Of a DNA stretch of 64,000 nt, positions 45,869 through 55,043 are shown one piece after another (the stretch's first letter is position 1; the number at the start of each line of letters is the position of its first letter). Source of the stretch: Erysipelothrix sp. Lineage in GTDB: Bacteria; Bacillota_I; Bacilli_A; Erysipelotrichales; Erysipelotrichaceae. The notes under the pieces are model-generated. The model did not search any database, was not told the DNA's origin, and worked only from the letters and a program-made list of their open reading frames with translations. The translations under genes and the position numbers were made by a program. The stretch is from assembly GCA_018335655.1 (NCBI GenBank), contig JAGXRX010000014.1, forward strand, positions 110,370-174,369, read 5' to 3'.

Positions 45869-46894
45869 ATGAAGACAATTCTAATTAAAATAAACACTCA
45901 AAATATTGATGAAACTAAGATTCAACAAGCCAAGCAATTCATTCTTAATCATGAATGTGTTGCTATGCCTACAGAAACGGTTTATGGCTTAGCAGCCAAT
46001 GCTTTTTCACCACAAGCTATTTCACGGATTTTTGAAGCGAAGGGAAGACCAAGCGATAATCCACTCATTGTCCACATAAGTGATGAGGCAATGCTTCTTG
46101 ATTGCATTGATCAAGAAATAACTTTAGAGATTAGAACAATTATGAATGCATTTTGGCCTGGACCATTAACACTTGTCTTTAAGAAAAGTCATCGCATTCC
46201 AGATGTCGTGAGCGCTGGTTTACCAACAGTAGGAATACGTATGCCAAACCATCCTATTGCACTTGCACTAATTAAGGCATCATGTGTTCCACTTGCTGCG
46301 CCAAGTGCAAATATATCAGGAAAACCATCACCTACTAAAGCAAGTCATGTTTATGATGACTTAAATGGTAAGATTGCTGCAATCATTGAGGCTGATCAAA
46401 GTCACATCGGTGTAGAATCAACGGTACTTGATGTTAGTACATCACCTTTTACTGTTTTACGTAAAGGTGGTATCTCAATAGAACAATTGCAAATGATTGA
46501 TGCTGATATAAAGTATGATGATGCATTAGTTAACAATATAAGCACACCTAAATCTCCTGGTCAAAAATATAAACATTATGCACCTTCAAAGCCAATGTTG
46601 TTATTGGAAGGTAGTTTAGAGAATCAACTTGCCTACTTAAAGACAATATCAATGGATGATATCTTACTCATTAGTGTTGATGAAATCATTCAAAATATTA
46701 ACGTGCCACACTATTTTTCATTAGGTTCAAGACATGATTTTGAGAAGGCGATGAATGGTTTATTTGAGATTTTAAGAGAGAGTGAGTTTCTTTCTATTTC
46801 ATCATTAATTGTTACTGCATTTGAAGATTATGGATTAGGGGCAACACTCAATGATCGCTTACGAAAAGCAGCGAGTGAAAAGATTAATTTATAG
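45869..46894 (+). CDS. tsaC: L-threonylcarbamoyladenylate synthase (Sua5/YwlC type, TsaC domain plus Sua5 C-terminal domain)
   Basis: VAMPTETVYGLAANA, KGRP.DNPLIVH and APSAN.SGKPSPT motifs; 341 aa. Confidence 0.88.
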   Translation: MKTILIKINTQNIDETKIQQAKQFILNHECVAMPTETVYGLAANAFSPQAISRIFEAKGRPSDNPLIVHISDEAMLLDCIDQEITLEIRTIMNAFWPGPLTLVFKKSHRIPDVVSAGLPTVGIRMPNHPIALALIKASCVPLAAPSANISGKPSPTKASHVYDDLNGKIAAIIEADQSHIGVESTVLDVSTSPFTVLRKGGISIEQLQMIDADIKYDDALVNNISTPKSPGQKYKHYAPSKPMLLLEGSLENQLAYLKTISMDDILLISVDEIIQNINVPHYFSLGSRHDFEKAMNGLFEILRESEFLSISSLIVTAFEDYGLGATLNDRLRKAASEKINL

Positions 46895-46915
46895 AAGAAA
46901 ATATAGGTAAAACGC

Positions 46916-46944
46916 TTTACAAAATTATTCACCTTTGTTATTAT
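46916..46944 (+). promoter_or_regulatory. Candidate sigma-A promoter driving the C-rich-loop hairpin, copy 2
   Basis: TTTACA (46916-46921), a 17-nt spacer, then TATTAT (46939-46944). The hairpin begins 7 nt later. Confidence 0.55.
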
Positions 46945-46950
46945 TTATTA

Positions 46951-47003
46951 GGATATTCCATGACACTATTCCCCCCCACCCACGTTCATGGATATCCTTT
47001 TTT
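46951..47003 (+). ncRNA. Candidate small RNA or leader: hairpin with conserved C-rich loop plus U-tract, copy 2
   Basis: GGATA(T)TCCATG - loop ACACTATTCCCCCCCACCCACGTT - CATGGATATCC followed by TTTTTT. The architecture, bulged T and loop core match copy 1. Confidence 0.45.
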
Positions 47004-47082
47004 AATTATCTCAAGCACTTTCATTGTAAGGTGCTTGTTTTTTTTCATATACTAGTTTCGTTATAGAACGGGAGGATTAATT

Positions 47083-48777
47083 ATGAGAGAATCTTTATCG
47101 ATTGTTGTATCCGGTGAAGCTGGCCAAGGATTAGCAACAATCGAAGATTTTTTGGTTGAAGCATTATCGAAGGAATACTATGTATTTACATCAAAAGAAG
47201 TAATGAGTCGAGTTCGTGGTGGTAATAATACTTTCGAGTTGAGAGTCGCAACATCACCCATTCATTCACTACGTGAAACGATTGATTATCTATTTTTACT
47301 TAATAACAATTCGTTTTATCGCTTACCTAAACGTTTGTTACCAACAACGGTTGTCTTTGGTGAAGATGCGTTTGTGAGTGCTGAAGAAAAAGAGAAATAC
47401 AGTCTAAAGTATGAAATACTAGCACTAACTAAACTTGCTAAAGAAGCAGGTAGTAGAATTTTTGCGAACACAATTTTATTTGGTTACATTGCGGGGATGT
47501 TAGAACTTAATGTTAAGGTTGCTGAGCATCTTATTTCTAAGCGTTTTATTCATCGTGGTGAGCCAATTGTTGCTGACAATATATCTGCTTTCCATAAAGG
47601 ATATGAACTAGGATTGGCTTATGATGCACCACTAAAACTTAAGAAACCTGTGAGTGTTCCTCCATTCAAAGTTATTGATGGTAATAGTGCTCTAGGAATT
47701 GGACTTCTTGGAGGTGGAATCAATTATCTATCTTCCTATCCAATGTCACCTGGAACATCAGTCATGATGTATCTTATAGATAAAGCAGATGAATTTGGCG
47801 TTCTTGTTGAACAAGCAGAAGATGAGATTGCTGCACTAAATATGGCTCTTGGTGCTTCTTATGCAGGAGCACGTGCTATGGTCACAACTTCTGGTGGTGG
47901 ATTTGCACTTATGACAGAAGCTGTTTCACTTGCAGGGATTATTGAAACCCCAGCAGTCATCCATGTGGCTCAACGTCCAGGACCTGCGACAGGGCTTCCT
48001 ACTCGTACAGAACAAGGTGATTTAAATCTAGTTGTTTATGCAGGTCATGGAGAATTCCCGCGCATTGTGTTAGCACCTGGAAAACTTGAAGATGGGGTAT
48101 TACTTGCTCAAAAAGCATTTTGGTTAGCTGATAAATATCAAGTGCCGGTATTCATTCTTTCTGATCAATACTGGTTAGAATCATTAGGGCAAATGACATC
48201 ATTTGAATTAAGTGACAAATATATGGAATCATTCACTGTGATTTCAGATAAAGACTATAAACGATATCAGTTGACTGATGAAGGTATTTCGCCTCGTGCA
48301 ATTCCAGGATTTGGTGAAGGATTTGTTAAAGTGGATTCTGATGAACATGATGAATCAGGACAAATTACTGAAGACTTTGATGTTAGAATCGCCATGCAAA
48401 ATAAACGTATGCATAAACGTGAACTATTACTTGCTGATTATCAAGACGCAGAACTTATTGGTCCAAAAAACTATAAGAAACTTGTGGTAGGATGGGGATC
48501 AACATATGGTGTGCTTAAAGAATTCATCGAAACTACTTCGATTAATGATGTGGCATATCTCTATGTTAAACAACCTTTCCCACTCCCATTATCATTAAAA
48601 ACTTATTTTGATCAAGCAAATCAAGTCGTAGTCGTAGAGAATAATTTCACTGGTCAATTTGCAAACATTCTTACTTTAGAGTTAGGTGTTACAATCACAC
48701 AACGTGTAAATAAATACAACGGTGAACCATTCTTTATTGAAGAGATGAATAAAAAATTAGGGGAGGTATTAAAATGA
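47083..48777 (+). CDS. korA: 2-oxoacid:ferredoxin oxidoreductase, fused gamma-alpha subunit
   Basis: N-terminal POR gamma-like domain (VVSGEAGQGLAT) followed by the alpha core (SSYPMSPGT, EDEIAALNMALGASYAGARAM). Confidence 0.85.
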   Translation: MRESLSIVVSGEAGQGLATIEDFLVEALSKEYYVFTSKEVMSRVRGGNNTFELRVATSPIHSLRETIDYLFLLNNNSFYRLPKRLLPTTVVFGEDAFVSAEEKEKYSLKYEILALTKLAKEAGSRIFANTILFGYIAGMLELNVKVAEHLISKRFIHRGEPIVADNISAFHKGYELGLAYDAPLKLKKPVSVPPFKVIDGNSALGIGLLGGGINYLSSYPMSPGTSVMMYLIDKADEFGVLVEQAEDEIAALNMALGASYAGARAMVTTSGGGFALMTEAVSLAGIIETPAVIHVAQRPGPATGLPTRTEQGDLNLVVYAGHGEFPRIVLAPGKLEDGVLLAQKAFWLADKYQVPVFILSDQYWLESLGQMTSFELSDKYMESFTVISDKDYKRYQLTDEGISPRAIPGFGEGFVKVDSDEHDESGQITEDFDVRIAMQNKRMHKRELLLADYQDAELIGPKNYKKLVVGWGSTYGVLKEFIETTSINDVAYLYVKQPFPLPLSLKTYFDQANQVVVVENNFTGQFANILTLELGVTITQRVNKYNGEPFFIEEMNKKLGEVLK

Positions 48778-49628
48778 GTAAGTTTGATTTCAAACATGAT
48801 ATTGATATTGCATGGTGTCCAGGGTGTGGAAACTTCCCACTTCGCCAAGCAATTTTAAAAGCTCTTGAAGAATTAAATCTTGATCAAACTCAAGTTGTCT
48901 TTTCTTCAGGAATAGGTCAAGCGGCTAAAATGCCTCAATACATTGATGCTTCATACTTTAATGGACTTCATGGACGTGGATTAGCAGTTGCTCAAGCTAT
49001 TCAATCTGTTAATCCAAAACTTGTGGTTATTGCTGAAGGTGGAGATGGTGACATGTATGGAGAAGGTGGAAACCATTTCTTACATAATGTTCGTCGTAAT
49101 CCTAATTTAGCTCACATTGTACATAACAATATGATTTATGGACTCACAAAAGGTCAAGGTTCTCCAACATCTCCTAAAGGTTTAAAAACAACAACTCAAA
49201 TAAGTGGTGTCTATAATGAACCTTTAAACCCAGTTGCCTTAGCCTTAGCACTTGGAGCTTCATTTGTAGGACGTGCCTTTACAGGGGATGTTGAGAAGAC
49301 AAAAGAAATCATTAAAGCAGCAATTGCTCATGAAGGCTATGCAATTGTGGATATATTCCATCCATGTGTAACTTACAATAAAGTGAATACCTTTGCGTGG
49401 TATAAGAACAATTCATATTGGTTAAACCAAGAGGAACACAATCCTCAAGACTTTGGTGCAGCCATGAACCTTGCGCTTAATCAAGACAAGTTTGCGTTAG
49501 GCATCCTATATCAAAACAAAGAGAAAACACCGTTTCATAAAGCACATCCTTATTACGTGAATGATTCAACACCACTTGTTGATCGACCAAAACGTGATAT
49601 TGCGAAAGTTAATGCTTTATTAAAGTAA
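48774..49628 (+). CDS. korB: 2-oxoacid:ferredoxin oxidoreductase beta subunit (TPP-binding)
   Basis: WCPGCGNF cysteine motif and the GDGD...NN..YG TPP-binding motif. The start overlaps the alpha stop. Confidence 0.88.
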   Translation: MSKFDFKHDIDIAWCPGCGNFPLRQAILKALEELNLDQTQVVFSSGIGQAAKMPQYIDASYFNGLHGRGLAVAQAIQSVNPKLVVIAEGGDGDMYGEGGNHFLHNVRRNPNLAHIVHNNMIYGLTKGQGSPTSPKGLKTTTQISGVYNEPLNPVALALALGASFVGRAFTGDVEKTKEIIKAAIAHEGYAIVDIFHPCVTYNKVNTFAWYKNNSYWLNQEEHNPQDFGAAMNLALNQDKFALGILYQNKEKTPFHKAHPYYVNDSTPLVDRPKRDIAKVNALLK

Positions 49629-49640
49629 AAATCTATAAAA

Positions 49641-49670
49641 ACAAGTTGACTTCAACTTGTTTTTTTTTTA
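49641..49670 (+). terminator. Intrinsic terminator after korB
   Basis: ACAAGTTGA ct TCAACTTGT stem followed by a T9 run. Confidence 0.85.
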
Positions 49671-49700
49671 TTTTGTCCATTATTTTGATACAATAAGACC

Positions 49701-50879
49701 ATGAAACATGTAAGATTTAAGACAACACGACATCACACACACTCACGAAAATTCGATAGTATTTTTTTGAATCAGTATCCATTGGATACGATTCCATTAT
49801 GGGTTGCAGATATGGATATTGAGGTGGATGAGCGAATACTTCAAGGATTACATAGTTATCTCAATGAAAAGATTCTTGGGTATAATTTAGAGGACCCTAC
49901 GTATGCGCAAAGCATCGTTGATTATCTTCATCGTCGACATCAGTGTGATATTAAACCTTCTTGGATATTAACTACACCTAATGTGGTCAGTAGTATTAAT
50001 GCTTGTTTATTAGCACTAACTCAACCCAATGATGCCATTCTAGTCATTGAACCTGTTTATATGCCTTTCTTTAAGAGTGTTGAATCGACACAAAGAAAAG
50101 TAATCTTTAATTCATTAAGACCATCACCAAGTGGTTATGAAATGGATTTTGAAGATATGGAGTCGAAGATTATCGAACACAAAGTAAAAATGGTTCTATT
50201 TTGTTCTCCTCATAATCCTGTGGGTCGAGTTTGGCGCATAAATGAGTTAGAACAATTTCTTAATCTTATGAAGAAGTACGATGTTAAGATCGTGAGTGAT
50301 GAGATTCACATGGACTTTATTTTTGAAGGACATAAACATATTCCACTTCTTGGTTTAGATGATTCAGTCATTATGTTAATGTCAGCATCAAAGACCTTTA
50401 ACTTAGCCTCAGCTCACGTGTCACAAATTATTGTGAAAGATGGAAGAACTCGCAAGAAATTAATGGCTCTTTATCATCAACTTGGTTTATTTCATCATCA
50501 TGAACTAGGACTTCGTGCTACCACTATTGCTTACTCGCAATGTGATGACTATATTGATGAGTTATGTGAAGTTATTGAATCTAATGTTCAACTTATGGAA
50601 GATCTTCTTAAAGATAGTCCATTTAAAGTCATACCGATGGAGGGAACATATCTTGCGTGGATTGATATCACAAGACTTAATCTTACTTCCACACAATGTC
50701 AGAAAAGATTCATCCATGAAGCCAAAGTATGGTTACATGATGGGTCGATATTTGGACCAACAGGTGAGGGTTATGTTCGCGTGAATATCGCTACCTCACC
50801 AGAACAGCTTACAGAAGCATGTCAACGACTCTTAATGTGGGTCAAGGAGCACACTGATGAATCAAAGTCATCTCAATAA
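49701..50879 (+). CDS. PLP-dependent C-S lyase / aminotransferase class I-II (MalY/PatB type cystathionine beta-lyase)
   Basis: PLWVADMDI block, CSPHNPVGRVW, and the PLP lysine in SASKTFNLA. Confidence 0.85.
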   Translation: MKHVRFKTTRHHTHSRKFDSIFLNQYPLDTIPLWVADMDIEVDERILQGLHSYLNEKILGYNLEDPTYAQSIVDYLHRRHQCDIKPSWILTTPNVVSSINACLLALTQPNDAILVIEPVYMPFFKSVESTQRKVIFNSLRPSPSGYEMDFEDMESKIIEHKVKMVLFCSPHNPVGRVWRINELEQFLNLMKKYDVKIVSDEIHMDFIFEGHKHIPLLGLDDSVIMLMSASKTFNLASAHVSQIIVKDGRTRKKLMALYHQLGLFHHHELGLRATTIAYSQCDDYIDELCEVIESNVQLMEDLLKDSPFKVIPMEGTYLAWIDITRLNLTSTQCQKRFIHEAKVWLHDGSIFGPTGEGYVRVNIATSPEQLTEACQRLLMWVKEHTDESKSSQ

Positions 50880-51942
50880 AGCATTAGGAACAATTATTGT
50901 TCTTCTTGGATTGTATGTATTCTTCCGATATCTTTTAGGGTGGTTATTACCATTCTTTATTGCATTTGCAATTGTCTCATTACTACAACCACTCATCAAA
51001 GGTTTGGCAGTGAAGGCAAAAATAAAAACGGAATTAAGTGCATTTCTTGTGGTACTTGCATTCTATATTATCTTAATAAGTACAATTGGAATTGGACTGT
51101 TTGAACTGATGAATCAATCAACGCAAATGTTACTGTCCTTTCCAGAGTGGGTGAGTCAAGTAGTACTTCCTTCACTTATAGATATTTTAGAGCAAGCAGA
51201 AATTATGTTATTTAGAATTCTACCTCAAATGTCTTTAGATACTTTTGCGCCACTTTATCGACTATTAGAATCTTCTGAAAGTTTACTTGTCGCATTAACA
51301 CCGAATCTACTAATTATCGGTCAGGACATGTTAACGAGAATTCCAATCATATTGATTTCAACGATTGTTACGATTGTTTTGAGTTTTTTCTTAGCTATTG
51401 ATTTTGATATGATCAAAGCATTCGCTTGGCATCAACTCAATATAGATGTCCAACAATTTTTGATTCATTTCAATAATAAGTTTGCATCCACAGTCTTTAA
51501 AATGGGAAGATCTTATGCCCTCATCTTAAGTGCAACGTTTATTCAATTATTCATTGGTTTATTGATCTTGAGAGTTGAGTATGCTTTCTGGATTGCGTTA
51601 GGTATTGCATTGTTTGATATTCTTCCTGTTGTGGGTACTGGAGGTATAGTATTACCTTGGGCTACCATTGCCCTAATCTATGGTAATACCTATTTAGGAA
51701 TCGGTTTATTTGTGCTATATGGTGTGATTACCGTTGTTCGACAAATCATTGAACCTAAAATTATTGGTGATCAAGTTGGTCTACATCCAGTGGTAACGAT
51801 AACGTCTATGATTCTAGGAGTTAACATTTTGGGAGTCATTGGACTCTTTGGATTTCCGATTGTTTTATCAATTTTAGTCAAATTACAAGAAGAAGGAAAA
51901 TTTAAGTGGTTTAAGACAATTTCATCAAGCAAAGAAGTTTGA
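50857..51942 (+). CDS. AI-2E/PerM family membrane protein (YtvI-like)
   Basis: 361 aa, multi-TM, with the conserved C-terminal EPKIIGDQVGLHPVVT block. Confidence 0.8.
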   Translation: MNQSHLNKALGTIIVLLGLYVFFRYLLGWLLPFFIAFAIVSLLQPLIKGLAVKAKIKTELSAFLVVLAFYIILISTIGIGLFELMNQSTQMLLSFPEWVSQVVLPSLIDILEQAEIMLFRILPQMSLDTFAPLYRLLESSESLLVALTPNLLIIGQDMLTRIPIILISTIVTIVLSFFLAIDFDMIKAFAWHQLNIDVQQFLIHFNNKFASTVFKMGRSYALILSATFIQLFIGLLILRVEYAFWIALGIALFDILPVVGTGGIVLPWATIALIYGNTYLGIGLFVLYGVITVVRQIIEPKIIGDQVGLHPVVTITSMILGVNILGVIGLFGFPIVLSILVKLQEEGKFKWFKTISSSKEV

Positions 51943-51990
51943 AATAAGAAGTTGCGTGTGATAAAATGACACCTGAAGGAGACATCACTC

Positions 51991-52152
51991 ATGAAAAAAT
52001 ATCAATGCATAGCATGCGAATACATCTACGATCCAGAACTTGGTGATCCTGATAGCGGGGTTGAACCAGGAACTGCGTTTGAGGACATTCCTGATGATTG
52101 GTACTGCCCACTATGTGGAGTATCTAAAGATTCATTTGAAGTAATCGACTAA
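51991..52152 (+). CDS. rub: Rubredoxin (not in the ORF track)
   Basis: The 53-aa [53 protein letters not shown] carries both CxxC knuckles (CIAC, CPLCG). GAAGGAG RBS. Confidence 0.92.
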   Translation: MKKYQCIACEYIYDPELGDPDSGVEPGTAFEDIPDDWYCPLCGVSKDSFEVID

Positions 52153-52163
52153 AACGTTGACGG

Positions 52164-52186
52164 CACAATCTATGGATTGTGTTTTT
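52164..52186 (+). terminator. Intrinsic terminator after rubredoxin
   Basis: CACAATC tatg GATTGTG stem followed by a T5 run. Confidence 0.75.
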
Positions 52187-52206
52187 ATTGAAAGGGAGAA
52201 CCCAAT

Positions 52207-52728
52207 ATGAATCCAATTATTTCGATTAAAACAAACCAACAAGAAACAATTATCTGTGAACTATTCCCAGAGATTGCTCCAATTAGTGTAGCGAATTTCG
52301 TCAGCCTTGTATCTAAAGGTTTCTACAATGGTCTTATCTTTCATCGTGTCATCCCTGGATTTATGATCCAAGGAGGCTGTCCACAAAAGAATGGAACTGG
52401 TGGGCCTGGTTATAGTATCAAAGGCGAGTTCAAACTCAATAAAGTTGAGAACTCACTTAAACACTCCAAAGGTGTTTTATCAATGGCACGCTCACAACAT
52501 CCTGATAGCGCTGGGTCTCAGTTCTTTATCATGCATCAAGATGCACCTCATCTTGATGGTCAATATGCAGCATTTGGTCAAGTGATTTCTGGGCTGGAAG
52601 TCGTGGATCGTATTGCGAAAGTATCTCGTTCACCTCAAGATCGTCCTCATGAAGAACAAGTCATGGTGAGTGTTGAAGTGCAACTTAATGGGTATGAACC
52701 TATCGAATTTGAAAAGTTCGCTCGCTAA
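52207..52728 (+). CDS. ppiB: Cyclophilin-type peptidyl-prolyl cis-trans isomerase
   Basis: [17 protein letters not shown]....DSAGSQFFI and FG.V..G motifs. Confidence 0.92.
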   Translation: MNPIISIKTNQQETIICELFPEIAPISVANFVSLVSKGFYNGLIFHRVIPGFMIQGGCPQKNGTGGPGYSIKGEFKLNKVENSLKHSKGVLSMARSQHPDSAGSQFFIMHQDAPHLDGQYAAFGQVISGLEVVDRIAKVSRSPQDRPHEEQVMVSVEVQLNGYEPIEFEKFAR

Positions 52729-52793
52729 TTTAACAGCACCTTTACAGACAATTTTTTGAAATTGTGTTATTTTTAAAATGTGAGGTAAGAAAT

Positions 52794-53204
52794 ATGGTCA
52801 AAATAGCATTCGTATGTATACATAATTCCTGTCGTTCTCAAATGGCAGAAGGTTGGGCAAAGCATTTGTCTAATGGCCGTTTTGAAGTTTATTCTGCAGG
52901 GACAGAAGACTATCCTGAAGTTAAACCACTAGCACGTCAAGTGATGGAAGAAGCTGGTGTTGATATGTCAGGAAACTATCCAAAACTACTTTCAGATATT
53001 CCGACGTCCCTTGATGTATTAATTACAATGGGATGTGGCGTAGAGTGTCCTTTTGTGCCTACTAAGTTTAGAGAAGATTGGGGACTTACTGATCCTTCAG
53101 GTGGACCTATTGATGGGTTTAGAGAAACCCGCGATATTATCAAAGGTAAGGTCGAGGCTTTGTTTGAAGCCCTTGACAATGGAACACTATTTCAAGATGC
53201 ATGA
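52794..53204 (+). CDS. arsC: LMW-PTP-fold arsenate reductase (ArsC) family protein
   Basis: P-loop VCIHNSCRSQMAEG plus downstream Cys pair GCGVEC. No arsR or arsB is nearby, so a phosphatase role is not excluded. Confidence 0.7.
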   Translation: MVKIAFVCIHNSCRSQMAEGWAKHLSNGRFEVYSAGTEDYPEVKPLARQVMEEAGVDMSGNYPKLLSDIPTSLDVLITMGCGVECPFVPTKFREDWGLTDPSGGPIDGFRETRDIIKGKVEALFEALDNGTLFQDA

Positions 53205-53225
53205 GTTCACTCATGCATCTTTTTC
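53194..53225 (+). terminator. Intrinsic terminator after arsC
   Basis: AAGATGCATGAG ttca CTCATGCATCTT stem followed by a T-run. Confidence 0.8.
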
Positions 53226-53271
53226 TTGTATCACACCTTTAGGTTTGTTATTCTTAGAGTGAGGATTTAAT

Positions 53272-53814
53272 ATGGAAACAATAACAACAAGTCGTTTAAT
53301 ACTCAGAGCATTTAAGTTAAGTGATGCTGCTGATGAATTTGAATTTGCTTCATTAGATGAAGTAGGGTTTGGTGCGGGGTTTAAACCTCATCAAAATATT
53401 GAAGAAACCGAAAAGATACTTGCGCGATTTATTGCGCAAGATGAAGTATGGGCGATAGAACTGAAAGAAACAGGCCGAGTGATTGGAAGTATTGGGCTGC
53501 ATCCAGATAGATTTCGTGAAGAGTTAAACACTAAGGAAATAGGATATGTCTTGTCACCGCAATATCAAAAACAAGGATTAATGTTGGAAGCAGTGAATGC
53601 TGTGATTGATTTTGCATTTAATAAGCAAAACTTATCACTTCTAGCAGCGAATCATTTCTCATTTAACGAGGCAAGTCGCAAAGTTGTTTTAAAGGCAGGA
53701 TTTAACTATGATGGTATTATACGTCGAGCAAAATGTCTCTATGATGGAACGAAGGTAGATTTAATGATCTATTCCTTAGATAAGAAACAATACTTTAGTA
53801 AGGAGAGCAAATAA
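53272..53814 (+). CDS. GNAT N-acetyltransferase, RimJ/RimL-like
   Basis: The start TSRLILRAF..SD and QKQGLMLEAVNAVIDFAF are typical of the Acetyltransf_3 family. Confidence 0.8.
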   Translation: METITTSRLILRAFKLSDAADEFEFASLDEVGFGAGFKPHQNIEETEKILARFIAQDEVWAIELKETGRVIGSIGLHPDRFREELNTKEIGYVLSPQYQKQGLMLEAVNAVIDFAFNKQNLSLLAANHFSFNEASRKVVLKAGFNYDGIIRRAKCLYDGTKVDLMIYSLDKKQYFSKESK

Positions 53815-54122
53815 TGAAATCAATTGTATTACTATGTTCAGCGGGGATGAGCACTAATTTATTATTAAAGAAGATGAAACTTGCCGCATTAGAGTTTGGA
53901 GTGGATGTGCAAATTGAAGCACTACCACTAACTGCGGATACTTCTGTCTTTGACAAAGCAGATGTTGTTTTAGTAGGTCCACAAATTCGTAGTGAACTAA
54001 CAAAAATTCAAAGTGTGTGTCAAGGCAAAGTGGATGCTATCAATATTGTTGATTATGGAACAATGGATGGTGAAAAAGTTTTAGCTCATGCATTGCGCTT
54101 ATTAGGACCAAGTCATGAGTAA
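53814..54122 (+). CDS. PTS lactose/cellobiose-family EIIB component
   Basis: MKSIVLLCSAGMSTNLL with the phospho-Cys; 102 aa. Confidence 0.88.
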   Translation: MKSIVLLCSAGMSTNLLLKKMKLAALEFGVDVQIEALPLTADTSVFDKADVVLVGPQIRSELTKIQSVCQGKVDAINIVDYGTMDGEKVLAHALRLLGPSHE

Positions 54123-54432
54123 TGAGATCTTTGCGCTAAAAATCATCACTGAAGTAGGTACTGCACGAAGTTATTTTATCGAAGCCATTCGTAGTGCAAA
54201 AAATAATGACTTTATTGCAGCTCACGAGCAGCTTGAATTAGGTGACAAACACTATATTGCAGGGCATCGTGAACATACGAATCTTGTTGTTCAAGAATCA
54301 AGAGGAGAAGGGATTGAAATGACCTTACTACTCACTCATGCACAAGATTTACTAATGAGTGCAGAAGCCTTTAAAATTCTTGCCACTGAGTTTATTGATC
54401 TATACAAGTTATTTCATAAAGGACATCAATGA
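54115..54432 (+). CDS. PTS lactose/cellobiose-family EIIA component
   Basis: 105-aa helical protein with ARS...EAI..AK and a late H.QD..M block typical of PTS_IIA (LacF/ChbA). Confidence 0.85.
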   Translation: MSNEIFALKIITEVGTARSYFIEAIRSAKNNDFIAAHEQLELGDKHYIAGHREHTNLVVQESRGEGIEMTLLLTHAQDLLMSAEAFKILATEFIDLYKLFHKGHQ

Positions 54433-54445
54433 TGTTCTTTTTTTT
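54421..54445 (+). terminator. Intrinsic terminator
   Basis: GGACATC aat GATGTTC stem followed by a T8 run. Confidence 0.7.
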
Positions 54446-54499
54446 AGCATTCTAAGTTTATGAGCGAAATTGTGTGAAAATGCGATGAAATGCTCGAAA

Positions 54500-54531
54500 A
54501 ACATTGACAAATGTTGAATAATTGATAATAT
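54500..54531 (+). promoter_or_regulatory. Candidate promoter of the fructose operon with a palindrome over the -35
   Basis: AACATTGACAAATGTT contains TTGACA (54504-54509) inside an AACATT/AATGTT inverted repeat. TAATAT follows after 16 nt. Confidence 0.5.
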
Positions 54532-54582
54532 ATAGTCATAAACAATCATAAATAAGCAAATTCAATCAAAAGGAGATTCAAA

Positions 54583-55023
54583 ATGCTCACTAAAGAACTC
54601 ATCGTATTAGATTCAAATGCTAAAACAAAACTAGAGGTTATTGAATCATTAGCGAAGCTTGCACAACAAAACAATAAAGTGAGCGATGCTGACGCATTTG
54701 TTAAGGCGGTTTTAGCTCGAGAAGCAGAATATTCAACTGGAGTTGGATTTCATATCGCGATACCACATGGTAAAGATGAAGCAATCCTTGAACCAGTATT
54801 ATTGTATGCACGTGTCCAAGATGTTGATTGGCAGTCTATGGATGATCAACCAGTAAAAGCTGTATTCATGATTGGTGTTCCTGCTCAAAGTGAAGGACAA
54901 ATCCATTTACAAATTTTGGCGAAACTTTCTCGCTCACTTATGAAAGATGAATTTCGTGAAACACTGTTTAAGGCACAAAGCAAAGAAGAAGTCTTAAATT
55001 TATTTGAATCTTTATCCCTATAA
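54583..55023 (+). CDS. PTS EIIA component, fructose/mannitol (EIIA-2) family
   Basis: GVGFHIAIPHGK phospho-His block; 146 aa. Confidence 0.88.
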   Translation: MLTKELIVLDSNAKTKLEVIESLAKLAQQNNKVSDADAFVKAVLAREAEYSTGVGFHIAIPHGKDEAILEPVLLYARVQDVDWQSMDDQPVKAVFMIGVPAQSEGQIHLQILAKLSRSLMKDEFRETLFKAQSKEEVLNLFESLSL

Positions 55024-55043
55024 ATGAAAAGGAGGTAAAAATA

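Noticed and set aside
45761-47003. Interpreting the two C-rich-loop hairpins simply as terminators of the preceding genes
   Set aside because: Copy 1 follows a divergently oriented gene, so it terminates nothing upstream. Both copies have their own well-spaced -35/-10 boxes 7 nt upstream. Copy 2 could additionally terminate tsaC, so a dual role is not excluded.
48278-50784. Same-strand alternative-frame ORFs 48278-48490 and 50515-50784
   Set aside because: They lie inside the OFOR alpha and MalY-like genes, in other frames. They have no RBS and non-protein-like composition.
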